From assembly GCA_050123155.1 (NCBI GenBank), contig JASFHP010000008.1, positions 15,186 through 79,185 of the forward strand: a stretch of 64,000 nucleotides of DNA, written 5' to 3'. The notes under the pieces were generated by a model. That model saw only the letters and a program-made list of their open reading frames with translations. It ran no database searches and was not told the origin of the DNA. The position numbers were made by a program, and so were the translations under genes. Shown here one piece after another: positions 1 to 9,237 of the stretch (position 1 is its first letter; the number at the start of each line of letters is the position of its first letter). This DNA comes from Candidatus Bathyarchaeota archaeon. GTDB taxonomy: Archaea; Thermoproteota; Bathyarchaeia; Bathyarchaeales; Bathyarchaeaceae.

Positions 1-2
1 AG

Positions 3-584
3 AAAATTGTAATCTGTGTTAGCGGAATGACGGGTTCCGGAAAGAGCACAGTGGCGAAAAGACTAGCCGACAAGTATGGACTTGGTTACTTCTCTGGCGG
101 AAACGCTTTGAAAACGTTAGCCCAAGAAGAGGGATACAATTCTGATGTAACTGGGTGGTGGGAAACCGCTGAGGGCCTGAGGTTTCTTCAGCAGAGGATG
201 GGAGACCCTGCCTTCGACAAGAGAATTGATGAGAAGTTGCTGGAGTTGGCGGAGCAAGGCAACATTGTTCTTGACAGTTGGACCATGCCTTGGCTGTTAG
301 ATGAGGGCTTCAAGGTGTGGTTGGAGGCTTCGCCTCAGGTTAGAGCCAAACGGGTGATGAATCGAGACTCCATCAGCATTGAAGAGGCATTGAAAGCTCT
401 AACCGAAAAGGATGAGCGAACTAGGCAAATATACAAGAAAATCTATGGGTTCGATTTAGGAAACGACCTTTCACCCTTCAATCTTGTTCTCGCCACAGAC
501 GAGCTGGAACCCGACGAAGTATTCCACGCCGTCTGTTTAGTTACTGACCGCCTAGTTTTTGGAGCGAAGACGAATAATAGTTAG
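3..584 (+). CDS. cmk: Cytidylate kinase, archaeal type (5'-truncated by the window edge)
   Basis: The frame is open from the window start: KIVICVSGMTGSGKST (P-loop), then DKRIDE and VWLEASPQVRAKR, and a RTRQIYKKIYG lid. Confidence 0.85.
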   Translation, partial: KIVICVSGMTGSGKSTVAKRLADKYGLGYFSGGNALKTLAQEEGYNSDVTGWWETAEGLRFLQQRMGDPAFDKRIDEKLLELAEQGNIVLDSWTMPWLLDEGFKVWLEASPQVRAKRVMNRDSISIEEALKALTEKDERTRQIYKKIYGFDLGNDLSPFNLVLATDELEPDEVFHAVCLVTDRLVFGAKTNNS

Positions 585-863
585 CGAAAAATTATGTGAC
601 CGATTGTATTCAGAAGTTAATTTTTCCATTTCTGTTATGAACCTACGTTCATGTAATCTTTGGAGATTTCTCCATTTCTCCCGCAATCCGAAGTCTAACT
701 TCTGATTTCTACTTTCTCCAATATGATTAGTTAACTAAACTAGGCTATGAAGTGATATGAAAGAAATTCTAGAAATAATGAATATTGAATTTTAACCACC
801 AAACCCTACCGATACCGATAGTTTGAAGAACTAGAAAAAACATTTTTCACTCGAGGGTATTTA

Positions 864-2612
864 ATGTCTCTTTCCCAGTTACAGGAAGTGCCGATAGCAA
901 AAACTGTTTTATTGGTTGGCCCTCCTGGAGCTGGGAAGTCAACGTTCTGTCAGCAGACTGTTCTCCACAACTTGGCTGTGGATAGACACGTCATGTTTGT
1001 AACAACTGAATATGGTGCTAATGAGGCAGAAGCGCTTCTGAAAGAGAGAGGATTGGCCACCACTTCCACTGATTTACTGAAATATGTTGATGGATATAAT
1101 CAGACTGTAGGATTACCAGTTACAGACCGCTCTGACACTCTTAATGCCAGCTGTGGAAATCTAACTAGTATAGGTATTGCCATAGCGAAGCATCAAAGAA
1201 GGATACGCAGAAAAGGAGTTTTAATGGTTTTCGACTCTTTAACTTCACCTTATCTTTTATGCGGTTCCGAAGTTGTTCGGTTTCTTAGGTTTAATTTGTC
1301 CAGATTTGCTGGTGATGGAAATTCCGTTTTGGTTTGTTTTGATGAGGGAAGTGGCAAAGAAGAAGACCTTGTGGGTATGATGAGCATCTCTAACGGCGTA
1401 ATAAAGATGAGTGTTGAGGGCGATAGGAGAGTCTTCAATGTTATTAAGCATCCTATAATGAAACCTACAAGAATCGATGTCTCCTTAACTTCAAGTCCAC
1501 CGAAACAAATACGCCTCACTAATGTCGATTACGTTAAGCAGAATGTAAGATTAACTTTTGGGGCTCCTGAAATTGTTTTAAGAAAAGAAATTGGTGACTT
1601 TGTTAACATTGCTTGGCGAGACCTAATTCTGTGGAGTGGGATGCTTTGGGATCCTAAAAGATTTCCAACGATAATGTATGATTGGATTAAATTTCAATAT
1701 GACCCAAGAAATTGGGGTATAGACATTCTGTCGTTTCTTCCCTGGCAAACAAGATTTGCTTTTAAAATTTTCATGCCCAAAAGCTTCAGCAAAGTAAAAG
1801 ACATGAAAAAATGGGCAACAAGCTTTCTGAAAAATCAGGAAGTAACTTTTAGAGTAGGCAAATCAGAATACCTTGAAAACATTTCCAAAACAGATGAACA
1901 CTACTATAGAGTTTACGAGAATTATGAGTGCTGGGGATTTGGGAATGTTGGTGCACCTTTGACACTGGTGAGACTTGCAATGAATGGAGTTTCATTAAGT
2001 GCAACAGAGAGAGAAGAGGGAAAAGACTGGAATGTAGTTGAAACGAAATGTATAGGATTGGGCCATCCCTACTGTGAATACAAAATGGTTCCTGGAGAAA
2101 TTGCTGATCTGAAGGCTTCTCTGGAGAAAGACGGTTCCGTTATAGAAGATGTAAACGATCGCTTACTGAATTATATTTCGGATTTTCTGCTCCATGGAAA
2201 ACCTCTAATGGAAAGACCTACTTTAGGAAGCCTTGTACACATGCATGAATTGCAAAGGATTACACGGGCTCCTCTTGCGCTAGAAAAGCTAAAATTGATC
2301 TTTAGGATGGGTGGTGCCAAAGCTGGCAAGATGCTGGGTGAACGTCTGTTGAACTCAGGTCTGAAAGAACAAGAGGCTGTTGAAGACCTTATCAGATTGA
2401 TTGATCATTGTAAAGCAGGAAATGTCGCATTGGATGAGACATTAAGAATAAGCGAGAACTGTGAAAGATTCGGACACAAAACTAAAGAGCCTTCTTGTTA
2501 TTTCACAACAGGTTTTCTCAACGGTTTCTTCTACGCTGTGAAGAACCAGCATGTTAGAGAAACAAAATGTATAGCTGTCGGAGATCCATATTGTGAATGG
2601 GAATTCGTTTGA
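864..2612 (+). CDS. KaiC/RAD55-family ATPase fused to two V4R domains
   Basis: Walker A GPPGAGKS and Walker B VFDS. Two V4R signatures, ETKCIGLGHPYCEY and ETKCIAVGDPYCEW. Confidence 0.85.
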   Translation: MSLSQLQEVPIAKTVLLVGPPGAGKSTFCQQTVLHNLAVDRHVMFVTTEYGANEAEALLKERGLATTSTDLLKYVDGYNQTVGLPVTDRSDTLNASCGNLTSIGIAIAKHQRRIRRKGVLMVFDSLTSPYLLCGSEVVRFLRFNLSRFAGDGNSVLVCFDEGSGKEEDLVGMMSISNGVIKMSVEGDRRVFNVIKHPIMKPTRIDVSLTSSPPKQIRLTNVDYVKQNVRLTFGAPEIVLRKEIGDFVNIAWRDLILWSGMLWDPKRFPTIMYDWIKFQYDPRNWGIDILSFLPWQTRFAFKIFMPKSFSKVKDMKKWATSFLKNQEVTFRVGKSEYLENISKTDEHYYRVYENYECWGFGNVGAPLTLVRLAMNGVSLSATEREEGKDWNVVETKCIGLGHPYCEYKMVPGEIADLKASLEKDGSVIEDVNDRLLNYISDFLLHGKPLMERPTLGSLVHMHELQRITRAPLALEKLKLIFRMGGAKAGKMLGERLLNSGLKEQEAVEDLIRLIDHCKAGNVALDETLRISENCERFGHKTKEPSCYFTTGFLNGFFYAVKNQHVRETKCIAVGDPYCEWEFV

Positions 2613-2650
2613 TATTCTAAGTAATTACGCCCATAGAATCTATAGGAAAC

Positions 2651-3418
2651 TCATTTATTCGTAACAAATTTCTTGATTTCTCTTCCAGCAATCCACTTAG
2701 CAAACCTCTTCTTATAGAAGGGGACCTTGACATCGTAATAGTAACCTGTTTTGTCCTTGTAATACTCATAATCTGCAATGCCTTCTTTCTTGTTTAATTC
2801 TGAGATTGCTTTCATAATGTGGAACTGAACTAAATAACCAAATTCTGGTTCGAATCTCTCTCCCTTCTGGATTGCCGAAATTAATTTCCTAACGGCTTGA
2901 ACAATCTGTTCTTTATTGTATTTCGTTTCTGCTTCTGATTTTGTAGAAATGTATAATTCAACTGATGAAACAAGGTTAAAGCCATATTGCCCTATATTAC
3001 TACTCATGTATTCATTAGCTAAATCTGCCCCAAATCCCTTGCATGTCGCGACAAACACGGCATATTTATCAAAAAAATATGGTCTATGGGCAATATAGCC
3101 GAGCTTATCCATGAACTTCTTCATTAATACAGTGATATGTCTTGTATTTGTTGGAGTTGCGAAAATCACTCCATCAGCCTCTTCCATCTTTTCAATAATC
3201 ACGTCTCGGTCATCTTTTAATGGACATTTTTCTGGACCGCGATTGATACAGGCATAACAACCATAGCAATCCTTCATATTCATGTCTTTTAGCATGAGAA
3301 TCTCATAGTCAACGTCAGGGAATTCTTCTTTAATTGAATTTAGTACTTTGAAGGTTCCACCTTTACGTTGACTTCCACAGATTGCAAGTATCTTCACTGT
3401 ATCTTCTCCCTCTGACAA
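2651..3418 (-). CDS. Flavodoxin family / NAD(P)H-dependent FMN reductase (Isf-like Cys motif)
   Basis: ICGSQRKGGT, CYGCYAC...CPLKDD, ADGVIFATP. Confidence 0.85.
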   Translation of the reverse strand: MSEGEDTVKILAICGSQRKGGTFKVLNSIKEEFPDVDYEILMLKDMNMKDCYGCYACINRGPEKCPLKDDRDVIIEKMEEADGVIFATPTNTRHITVLMKKFMDKLGYIAHRPYFFDKYAVFVATCKGFGADLANEYMSSNIGQYGFNLVSSVELYISTKSEAETKYNKEQIVQAVRKLISAIQKGERFEPEFGYLVQFHIMKAISELNKKEGIADYEYYKDKTGYYYDVKVPFYKKRFAKWIAGREIKKFVTNK

Positions 3419-3494
3419 CGTTATTCAACAGAATTCCATTAACTTTTTGTCTCAACTAGGGATTCGTTAGTTTTGGCTCTTGAATAAATTCGTT

Positions 3495-3782
3495 TTATTG
3501 AGCCCGTTCAGCTTTTAGTTTTTCTAATTCTCTTTCAGTCATTCGGTCTTCCATATTGTCAAGAGAGTTCCCACGAAAAGTAACTACTCCATGAATGACC
3601 AGAGCTATTCCCCATCCAACCAATGGATAAATGAACCACGGAATTCCATTTGAATCAGAGGTAAAATACCAAATCGAAACAAGCAGAACATTAACAATAA
3701 CATATACTATTAAATGAATGTAAAAGCCAGTTTTGGCTTTGGCTCTCGCTCGAGCTATTTTTCTTAACTCTTCTTCTGTCAT
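3495..3782 (-). CDS. 2TM-domain small membrane protein
   Basis: GFYIHLIVYVIVN...WFIYPLVGWGIALVIH signature. Likely start is ATG 3782 (MTEEELRK). Confidence 0.8.
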   Translation of the reverse strand: MTEEELRKIARARAKAKTGFYIHLIVYVIVNVLLVSIWYFTSDSNGIPWFIYPLVGWGIALVIHGVVTFRGNSLDNMEDRMTERELEKLKAERAQ

Positions 3783-3832
3783 AACAAATCCCTTTTGCGA
3801 ATTGTATGTTAAATTTGGGTATATATGATTTT

Positions 3833-4618
3833 TCACTTGGAAATAAAGGATTGTAATGAAATTAAGGTTTCAAAGTTTTCTCTTGTACGTTCCCGCTTGT
3901 ACCTTCGCAATTTTTGTATAAGCTGTTTTTCGTCAATTTTGCCCAGCTTCTCCTTCACTTTCTCTGCGATCTGGCTTCCCAACAAAAGGTACTGGCAGAC
4001 TGAAGTGACATTTGATACTCTCCGGTTTATGCTGGCTGTCTCAAAGTCCACCAGAAAGGAACGGTCATCAGCGTCAACGAGTATGTGTTTCGGCGCGTTA
4101 CTCAGCTCTCCATGATCCAATCCAGCCATATCAAGCCTGTGGCACTGCTCCAAAACATCTTTTAGAAGCAAGCGAACACGCGACTGGCCTTCTCTTTCTT
4201 CCAAAGATTCGAGCCACTCTGGAAAGTGGCTTCCTTCAATTAGCTCCATGAGAAGAAAGTTTTCGCTGATCGCAAGCAACTTTGGTCCAACATCTACGGC
4301 ATTCGCTCTTTTCAGCATCTCCCCTTCATGGAACATTCCCTTGCGGTCAGCGTCAACTCTGCGAATCTTCAAAGCGGCTCTCCCCGAAACTGTGTATGCT
4401 ACCACAACGATGCCCACGCAGCCTTTCCCCAGAACCGGCACACCAAAAACGCTCTTCTCTCCCGTGAACTCCAGAGCTTGCACTCCAAGTCTCTCCAGCT
4501 CCTTGAGGCGTCTCTCCAACTCTTCCTGTTCACATCTTGGGTAACCTAGAACTTTACAGTGTTTCATTTCCCCTAACGCTTTCAGGGAGACCACTTCACC
4601 CGCCTTCACTCTTCTCAC
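3833..4618 (-). CDS. RIO-like serine/threonine protein kinase
   Basis: LGKGCVGIV glycine loop, ALKIRR, HGELS, VDFETA. Confidence 0.85.
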   Translation of the reverse strand: MRRVKAGEVVSLKALGEMKHCKVLGYPRCEQEELERRLKELERLGVQALEFTGEKSVFGVPVLGKGCVGIVVVAYTVSGRAALKIRRVDADRKGMFHEGEMLKRANAVDVGPKLLAISENFLLMELIEGSHFPEWLESLEEREGQSRVRLLLKDVLEQCHRLDMAGLDHGELSNAPKHILVDADDRSFLVDFETASINRRVSNVTSVCQYLLLGSQIAEKVKEKLGKIDEKQLIQKLRRYKRERTRENFETLISLQSFISK

Positions 4619-4674
4619 CCTTAAGATGCTGGTTTTCTGAGAGCAGTTATTAAATATGGCATTTTATCATCTGA

Positions 4675-5493
4675 ATGATGGCGGGTTCCATGTCTATAAT
4701 ATCTTTGCTCTCCGATTTCGGCAATAAGGACCCTTACGTGGCGGAGATGAAAGCCGCAATCCTCTCCATTAATCCTCAAGCCCGCATCGTGGACATAACT
4801 CATGAAATTGGAAAGTTCAACATCCGCATGGGCGCCTACGTCCTCGCCTCGGCAGCCCCGTTCTTTCCCCCAGACACAGTTCATGTAGCGGTTGTGGATC
4901 CGGGTGTGGGAACAAAAAGGCGTCCCATAATTGCAGAAACCAGCCGTAGCCTCTATGTTGGACCCGACAATGGGCTCCTCATGCTGGCTGCCCACAAGGA
5001 ACACATAACTAACGTTTACAGCATAGACAACCCAAAATACATGCTATCAGACGTGTCAAAAACTTTTCACGGAAGAGACATCTTCGCCCCAGCAGCCGCG
5101 CATCTAACGCGAGGAAACAAGCCATCCGATTTTGGACCAGCAATACGCGATTACGTTTTTCCCGAGTTCGCGAAACCCGTTGCAAGAGATGGAGAACTGC
5201 GGGGTGAGGTTCTTCACATAGACGATTTCGGCAACATCATCAGCAACATTTCATCGGAAGACTTGGAGAAAATGGGTTTTCATAAAGGACGTTCTCTTCT
5301 TGTTAGGCTTGGCAACAAAACCTTGACCATCAGGTTCTGTTCAGCCTACGGCGAAGTTCCAGCTGGCACTCCCTTGACATTAATCGGCAGCAGCAACTTT
5401 CTTGAAGTAGCCGTTAATCAGAGAAGTGCCTCAGGAGTTTTCAAGGCAAAGGTTGGAGAAGCATTTCACGTCTCTGGGGAGGTCTCCAGCTAA
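4675..5493 (+). CDS. SAM hydroxide adenosyltransferase (DUF62, chlorinase/fluorinase family)
   Basis: LSDFG..DPYV, VVDPGVGT, GPDNG, TFHGRDIFAP. Confidence 0.9.
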   Translation: MMAGSMSIISLLSDFGNKDPYVAEMKAAILSINPQARIVDITHEIGKFNIRMGAYVLASAAPFFPPDTVHVAVVDPGVGTKRRPIIAETSRSLYVGPDNGLLMLAAHKEHITNVYSIDNPKYMLSDVSKTFHGRDIFAPAAAHLTRGNKPSDFGPAIRDYVFPEFAKPVARDGELRGEVLHIDDFGNIISNISSEDLEKMGFHKGRSLLVRLGNKTLTIRFCSAYGEVPAGTPLTLIGSSNFLEVAVNQRSASGVFKAKVGEAFHVSGEVSS

Positions 5494-5504
5494 CCATATT
5501 TGTG

Positions 5505-6095
5505 TTAGTAGTTTTCTATCCATAACGTGTCTCTGCGGGATCTTGCCAAGGCGTAGCCGATTATCAGCCCAGCTGCCAGTCCGCCAAAGTGGGCGATTAT
5601 ATTGACGCCTGCGCCTGTGCTCAGAATTAGAAGCAGAAAGGCGTACATCAATGCTCCTATAATGGATTGACCGAATGTTTTTCGCATGTATATGATGCCT
5701 GCGCCGTACATTCCGAATATTGCCCCTGATGCCCCAGCGGAAACCGTGTTTGGCGACATTAGAAAGAGTGTCAGTATGCTGCCTGAGAGTCCTGAGAACA
5801 GGTAAACAAAAAAGTATTCTTCTGTGGTGAAGAGTTCTTCGGCTCTTAAACCGAATATGATCAGGAATAGCATGTTCAGTGCAATGTGACTTATGTCCAC
5901 GTGAACGAAGATGGATGTTAACAGCTGCCAGTAAGCGCCATTCAACACGTTGATGTTAGATTGCCCAAACTGGAGGAGCACACCATAGTCTGTTTGGATA
6001 AAGTTTCCGCCCACCACCGAAGTGTAAACGTAAACCAGTATGTTCGCAGCTACCAGAAACGTTGTCGGCGTTAGCATAGACCGTCTTCTTCTCAT
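5505..6095 (-). CDS. Rhomboid intramembrane serine protease
   Basis: WQLLTSIFVH, HIALNM, GASG (catalytic Ser), AHFGG (catalytic His). Confidence 0.92.
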   Translation of the reverse strand: MRRRRSMLTPTTFLVAANILVYVYTSVVGGNFIQTDYGVLLQFGQSNINVLNGAYWQLLTSIFVHVDISHIALNMLFLIIFGLRAEELFTTEEYFFVYLFSGLSGSILTLFLMSPNTVSAGASGAIFGMYGAGIIYMRKTFGQSIIGALMYAFLLLILSTGAGVNIIAHFGGLAAGLIIGYALARSRRDTLWIENY

Positions 6096-6206
6096 TCCGA
6101 ACCATCCTCAAAAGCAAACACCCCGCCGTATATATGCATACCTTGGCTACTCTTTGCTTCTGGTTGACCGTAAGGTAAATGTTGATGAGCTTCTATATTT
6201 GCGGGC

Positions 6207-7001
6207 ATGATAGTTGATGTTTTCCTTCCATCTGTTCTGTTTCTGGTCGGAGTGATCGTGGTTTTTCTTTACTCCAGATTAGACCGGAAGGTTAGTCAGC
6301 TCTTCGGCGGGCAGGAACTCCGTCTAGAGCACATAATTTTGTTAGTGGCGGCAATGGGCGCAATGGTGACGGTGCTGGTGTTTGTTCCAGAGCAGTCTAT
6401 GCTTGTTCTCTTTTCCCTTGCTTATGTTGTCAGCCTGTTCCTTTTCACTTACCTGTTGGTGCCAAAGTGGTATGTGGCAGTGGTGCCGCCTGTCCTGTTC
6501 ATCTTGTCGTTTCTCTATTTCTGGAACATTTATCTCTTCAACTTCTTTGCCATAGTATTCGGTATCAGCGTTTCAGTTTACATGGGAAATCTGTTCACGT
6601 GGAAAACAACCTTAGGCTTCGTCTCCTTGCTGACCATCATCGACATCATCCAAGTGCTGGTCACACGATTTACAGTGGCTTCGGCGCAAAAGGCTCTTGA
6701 ACTCGGGTTGCCCGTGGGCATTATGCTGCCAACAATTCCATTCACTGACAGTTACACGTTTCTTGGTTTGGGAGACATCTTCTTTATGGGGCTGCTCGGC
6801 ATCCAAAGCACACGGAAATATGGAAGAAAGTTTGGGCTTGCCTCCATCGCAACAATGGCGTTCGTCTTCTTTCTGTTTCAAACCTTTATGCTAAACTCCA
6901 CTATCCAAAATTTTCCGGCAACCGTTTTTGTTATCAGCGGCTGGCTAGCCGCTCTAGCTGCAAGATTCCTCTATAACCTGTTCACTTCTAAAAGAGAATA
7001 A
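6207..7001 (+). CDS. GxGD intramembrane aspartyl protease (presenilin/signal-peptide-peptidase-like)
   Basis: Polytopic membrane protein with an intramembrane Asp (TIIDII), then LGLGD, and a PAL-like FPAT near the C-terminus. Confidence 0.75.
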   Translation: MIVDVFLPSVLFLVGVIVVFLYSRLDRKVSQLFGGQELRLEHIILLVAAMGAMVTVLVFVPEQSMLVLFSLAYVVSLFLFTYLLVPKWYVAVVPPVLFILSFLYFWNIYLFNFFAIVFGISVSVYMGNLFTWKTTLGFVSLLTIIDIIQVLVTRFTVASAQKALELGLPVGIMLPTIPFTDSYTFLGLGDIFFMGLLGIQSTRKYGRKFGLASIATMAFVFFLFQTFMLNSTIQNFPATVFVISGWLAALAARFLYNLFTSKRE

Positions 7002-7041
7002 AACTTTAGCCCCAAACCCCAACTTCTAACTTTTTAGTGTT

Positions 7042-7057
7042 GTCAAGAATCTTTGAC
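7042..7057. promoter_or_regulatory. Palindrome GTCAA-N6-TTGAC, candidate operator
   Basis: GTCAAGAATCTTTGAC. The same pattern occurs twice at 38696-38746. Confidence 0.35.
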
Positions 7058-7144
7058 TGCTCTTTTTGGTTTTTCTGAAGAAGGGCTGTTCTAACGTGTA
7101 GAAATATATGTAGGTAAAGCCCAATAGCCGCGGCGGTCAACGCT

Positions 7145-7933
7145 GTGAGTTCAGATGTAATCGAAAAGGTAAGGCATCTTTTTGAATTAGTTTCAGTAGT
7201 TTTGCTTTTTGGATTACAGACATTGCTTAGTGCTGGATTGTTTATGGGGATTATGACAATTCCATTGTTGCCTTACATTTGGAAAATGATTTCAAGTGTG
7301 GATACTAATTTTGCAGCGAGAGTTGTTAAATATCTTTATGTTATGCTTTTTGGGGTGGAGTTTTGGATTGGCAGATTAATCATATTTGCTGGTATCGCAA
7401 TCTTGTTTATCGCATTGTTTCAACTGCTCCTAAGTCGCCGCAGAGGAAATGAACTTGTTAGATCAGGATTGTACTCACGTATGAGGCATCCGCAGTTTAC
7501 TGGCATAATTTTGATTACTTTTGGGATAAGTATCCTTGTTGCAACAATGGGTCGCTACTTTAGTATCACTAGATTTAAAATAATGAGTTACTGGCTATTG
7601 TCCACTTTTGGATACATTGCTATTGCCAAATTTGAGGAATGGCGACTAACCAAAAAATTTGGAGATATGTTTTGTCAATACAAGGAAGCTGTTCCTTTTC
7701 TGTTTCCCATAAAGTCATCAAAGAAGATTCCTGAGATGCTTCTGACCGTGTTAATCGTAACTCTGTTTTGGATTGTTCTTTTATATTTTCCATTTCCGCG
7801 TTTGCTTGGGTTTGGTTTCCGCCAAGTTATTCAGATTGAGTTGTCACCATTTGTTTGGGGAATAGCTATTGTGACATGGATTACTCCTTTCTTGGTTGCT
7901 GCTCTGGTCTACCTGAAGAAACGTAAAAACTAG
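7145..7933 (+). CDS. Isoprenylcysteine carboxyl methyltransferase / PEMT-family membrane protein
   Basis: LVRSGLYSRMRHPQFTG, EEWRL..KFG..F..YK..VP. Confidence 0.75.
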   Translation: MSSDVIEKVRHLFELVSVVLLFGLQTLLSAGLFMGIMTIPLLPYIWKMISSVDTNFAARVVKYLYVMLFGVEFWIGRLIIFAGIAILFIALFQLLLSRRRGNELVRSGLYSRMRHPQFTGIILITFGISILVATMGRYFSITRFKIMSYWLLSTFGYIAIAKFEEWRLTKKFGDMFCQYKEAVPFLFPIKSSKKIPEMLLTVLIVTLFWIVLLYFPFPRLLGFGFRQVIQIELSPFVWGIAIVTWITPFLVAALVYLKKRKN

Positions 7934-8018
7934 CTCATCTTCTCTAGTTTCTAGTTTTTGTGTCAGTCAGTACAGTGGTTATCGTAAGAGTAATTACTGT
8001 GTTGGTTGGGGTAAAACT

Positions 8019-8546
8019 TTAGTCTACTCTATCCGTTTTGTTTAGTTGCCGAAGCCTCGCGTCACCGTCAATCTCTTCTATGAACTCTGCAACGCTGCTT
8101 GGCACAAGTTCCTTCCAGTTTTCTCCAGCTAACATGCGTCTCCGGATTTCCGTAGCCAAGTAAACCTTCCGCTTTATGAAAGGCACAGACTCGACTCTGA
8201 ATCCGGCTTCTGTGAAAAGGCGACTGGTTAACGGCTCGTTAGCGTAGACAACATCAAATTTTGGGGAGTAACCTACAATCTGGGAGACCCACAGTGCATG
8301 TTGGTGAACGTCCGGCACCGGTATAATCCAGATTCTCGACAACTGGATTCCCTCTTCCTGTAGGGCTTTTCGTATCATGGTGATGCGTTCGCCAGTGGTG
8401 AAGGGGTTGTCGAGCCTATGGCTGTACTGGCAACTGCCCACAATCATAACCAGCTCATCAACATCCTTCAAAATCTTCTTTACGACTTCCAGGTGTCCTT
8501 TATGAAATGGCTGAAACCTTCCCACAAAGAGCCCGCGCCTCACCAT
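8019..8546 (-). CDS. nadM: Nicotinamide-nucleotide adenylyltransferase
   Basis: GRFQPFHKGH, NPFTTGER, ATEIRRRM. Confidence 0.93.
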   Translation of the reverse strand: MVRRGLFVGRFQPFHKGHLEVVKKILKDVDELVMIVGSCQYSHRLDNPFTTGERITMIRKALQEEGIQLSRIWIIPVPDVHQHALWVSQIVGYSPKFDVVYANEPLTSRLFTEAGFRVESVPFIKRKVYLATEIRRRMLAGENWKELVPSSVAEFIEEIDGDARLRQLNKTDRVD

Positions 8547-8606
8547 TTTCTCCTCTCCGCCAGAGAACCTACAGTTTCTTGGTGTATATGTGGCTCCTTT
8601 GGTCTC

Positions 8607-9197
8607 TTAAAAGCTCTCCCTGTTTGGTTTAACCCATTCTGCTGGAAACAGAGCCAACTCTTTCCCTTCCACTTCTAGTCTCTTTGACTCTTCGTAGCCT
8701 CTCTTCTCCCTGTGAAGAATCTCCAGCTTAAGCTGCTCTCCACCGCCGTAGCCGCCTAAACTCAAATCTGAGCGCACAACCCTGTGGCAGGGAATCAACA
8801 GATGAACATGATTTGATGCCTCAACGTTTCCCACAGCCCTTGCGCCTCCCCCCGCAACCTTGGCTATGGCACCATACGATGTCACGTATCCGACAGGAAC
8901 CAGACGCGTACATTTAAGCACCTTTTGTGTGTAGCTGGAAAGATGATTCAGGTTTATCTTGAACGCGTAAGATTCTCTGCCCTTTCCGTTGAAAATCTCC
9001 TCTAGAGCTCCCAGAACATCTGCTAGAAGCTGATCAGGTTCCTCTGCAACCTGAAAGGAAACGTTGTCTGGTAGCCTTTGCAGTAGACGCCTCAAATCAG
9101 GTTCTTCAAAAGAAAATGTTGTGGCAAGAATTTGGTCATCCTGCACCGCGGCAGCATACCAAACTCCGCCCATTTCCTTGCTGTAAACATTTATCAT
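8607..9197 (-). CDS. ogt: Methylated-DNA--protein-cysteine methyltransferase
   Basis: VPVGYVTSYG, ARAVG, IPCHRVV active site. Confidence 0.9.
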   Translation of the reverse strand: MINVYSKEMGGVWYAAAVQDDQILATTFSFEEPDLRRLLQRLPDNVSFQVAEEPDQLLADVLGALEEIFNGKGRESYAFKINLNHLSSYTQKVLKCTRLVPVGYVTSYGAIAKVAGGGARAVGNVEASNHVHLLIPCHRVVRSDLSLGGYGGGEQLKLEILHREKRGYEESKRLEVEGKELALFPAEWVKPNRESF

Positions 9198-9237
9198 CTA
9201 AGCGCCTCCGTTTGTCGTTATCTGCAATCAAGCATAT

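Noticed and set aside
864-2612. A circadian clock KaiC
   Set aside because: It has a single ATPase domain and there is no kaiA or kaiB.
4675-5493. A halogenase (fluorinase/chlorinase)
   Set aside because: The DUF62-type FHGRD motif and housekeeping context point to the common SAM hydrolase.
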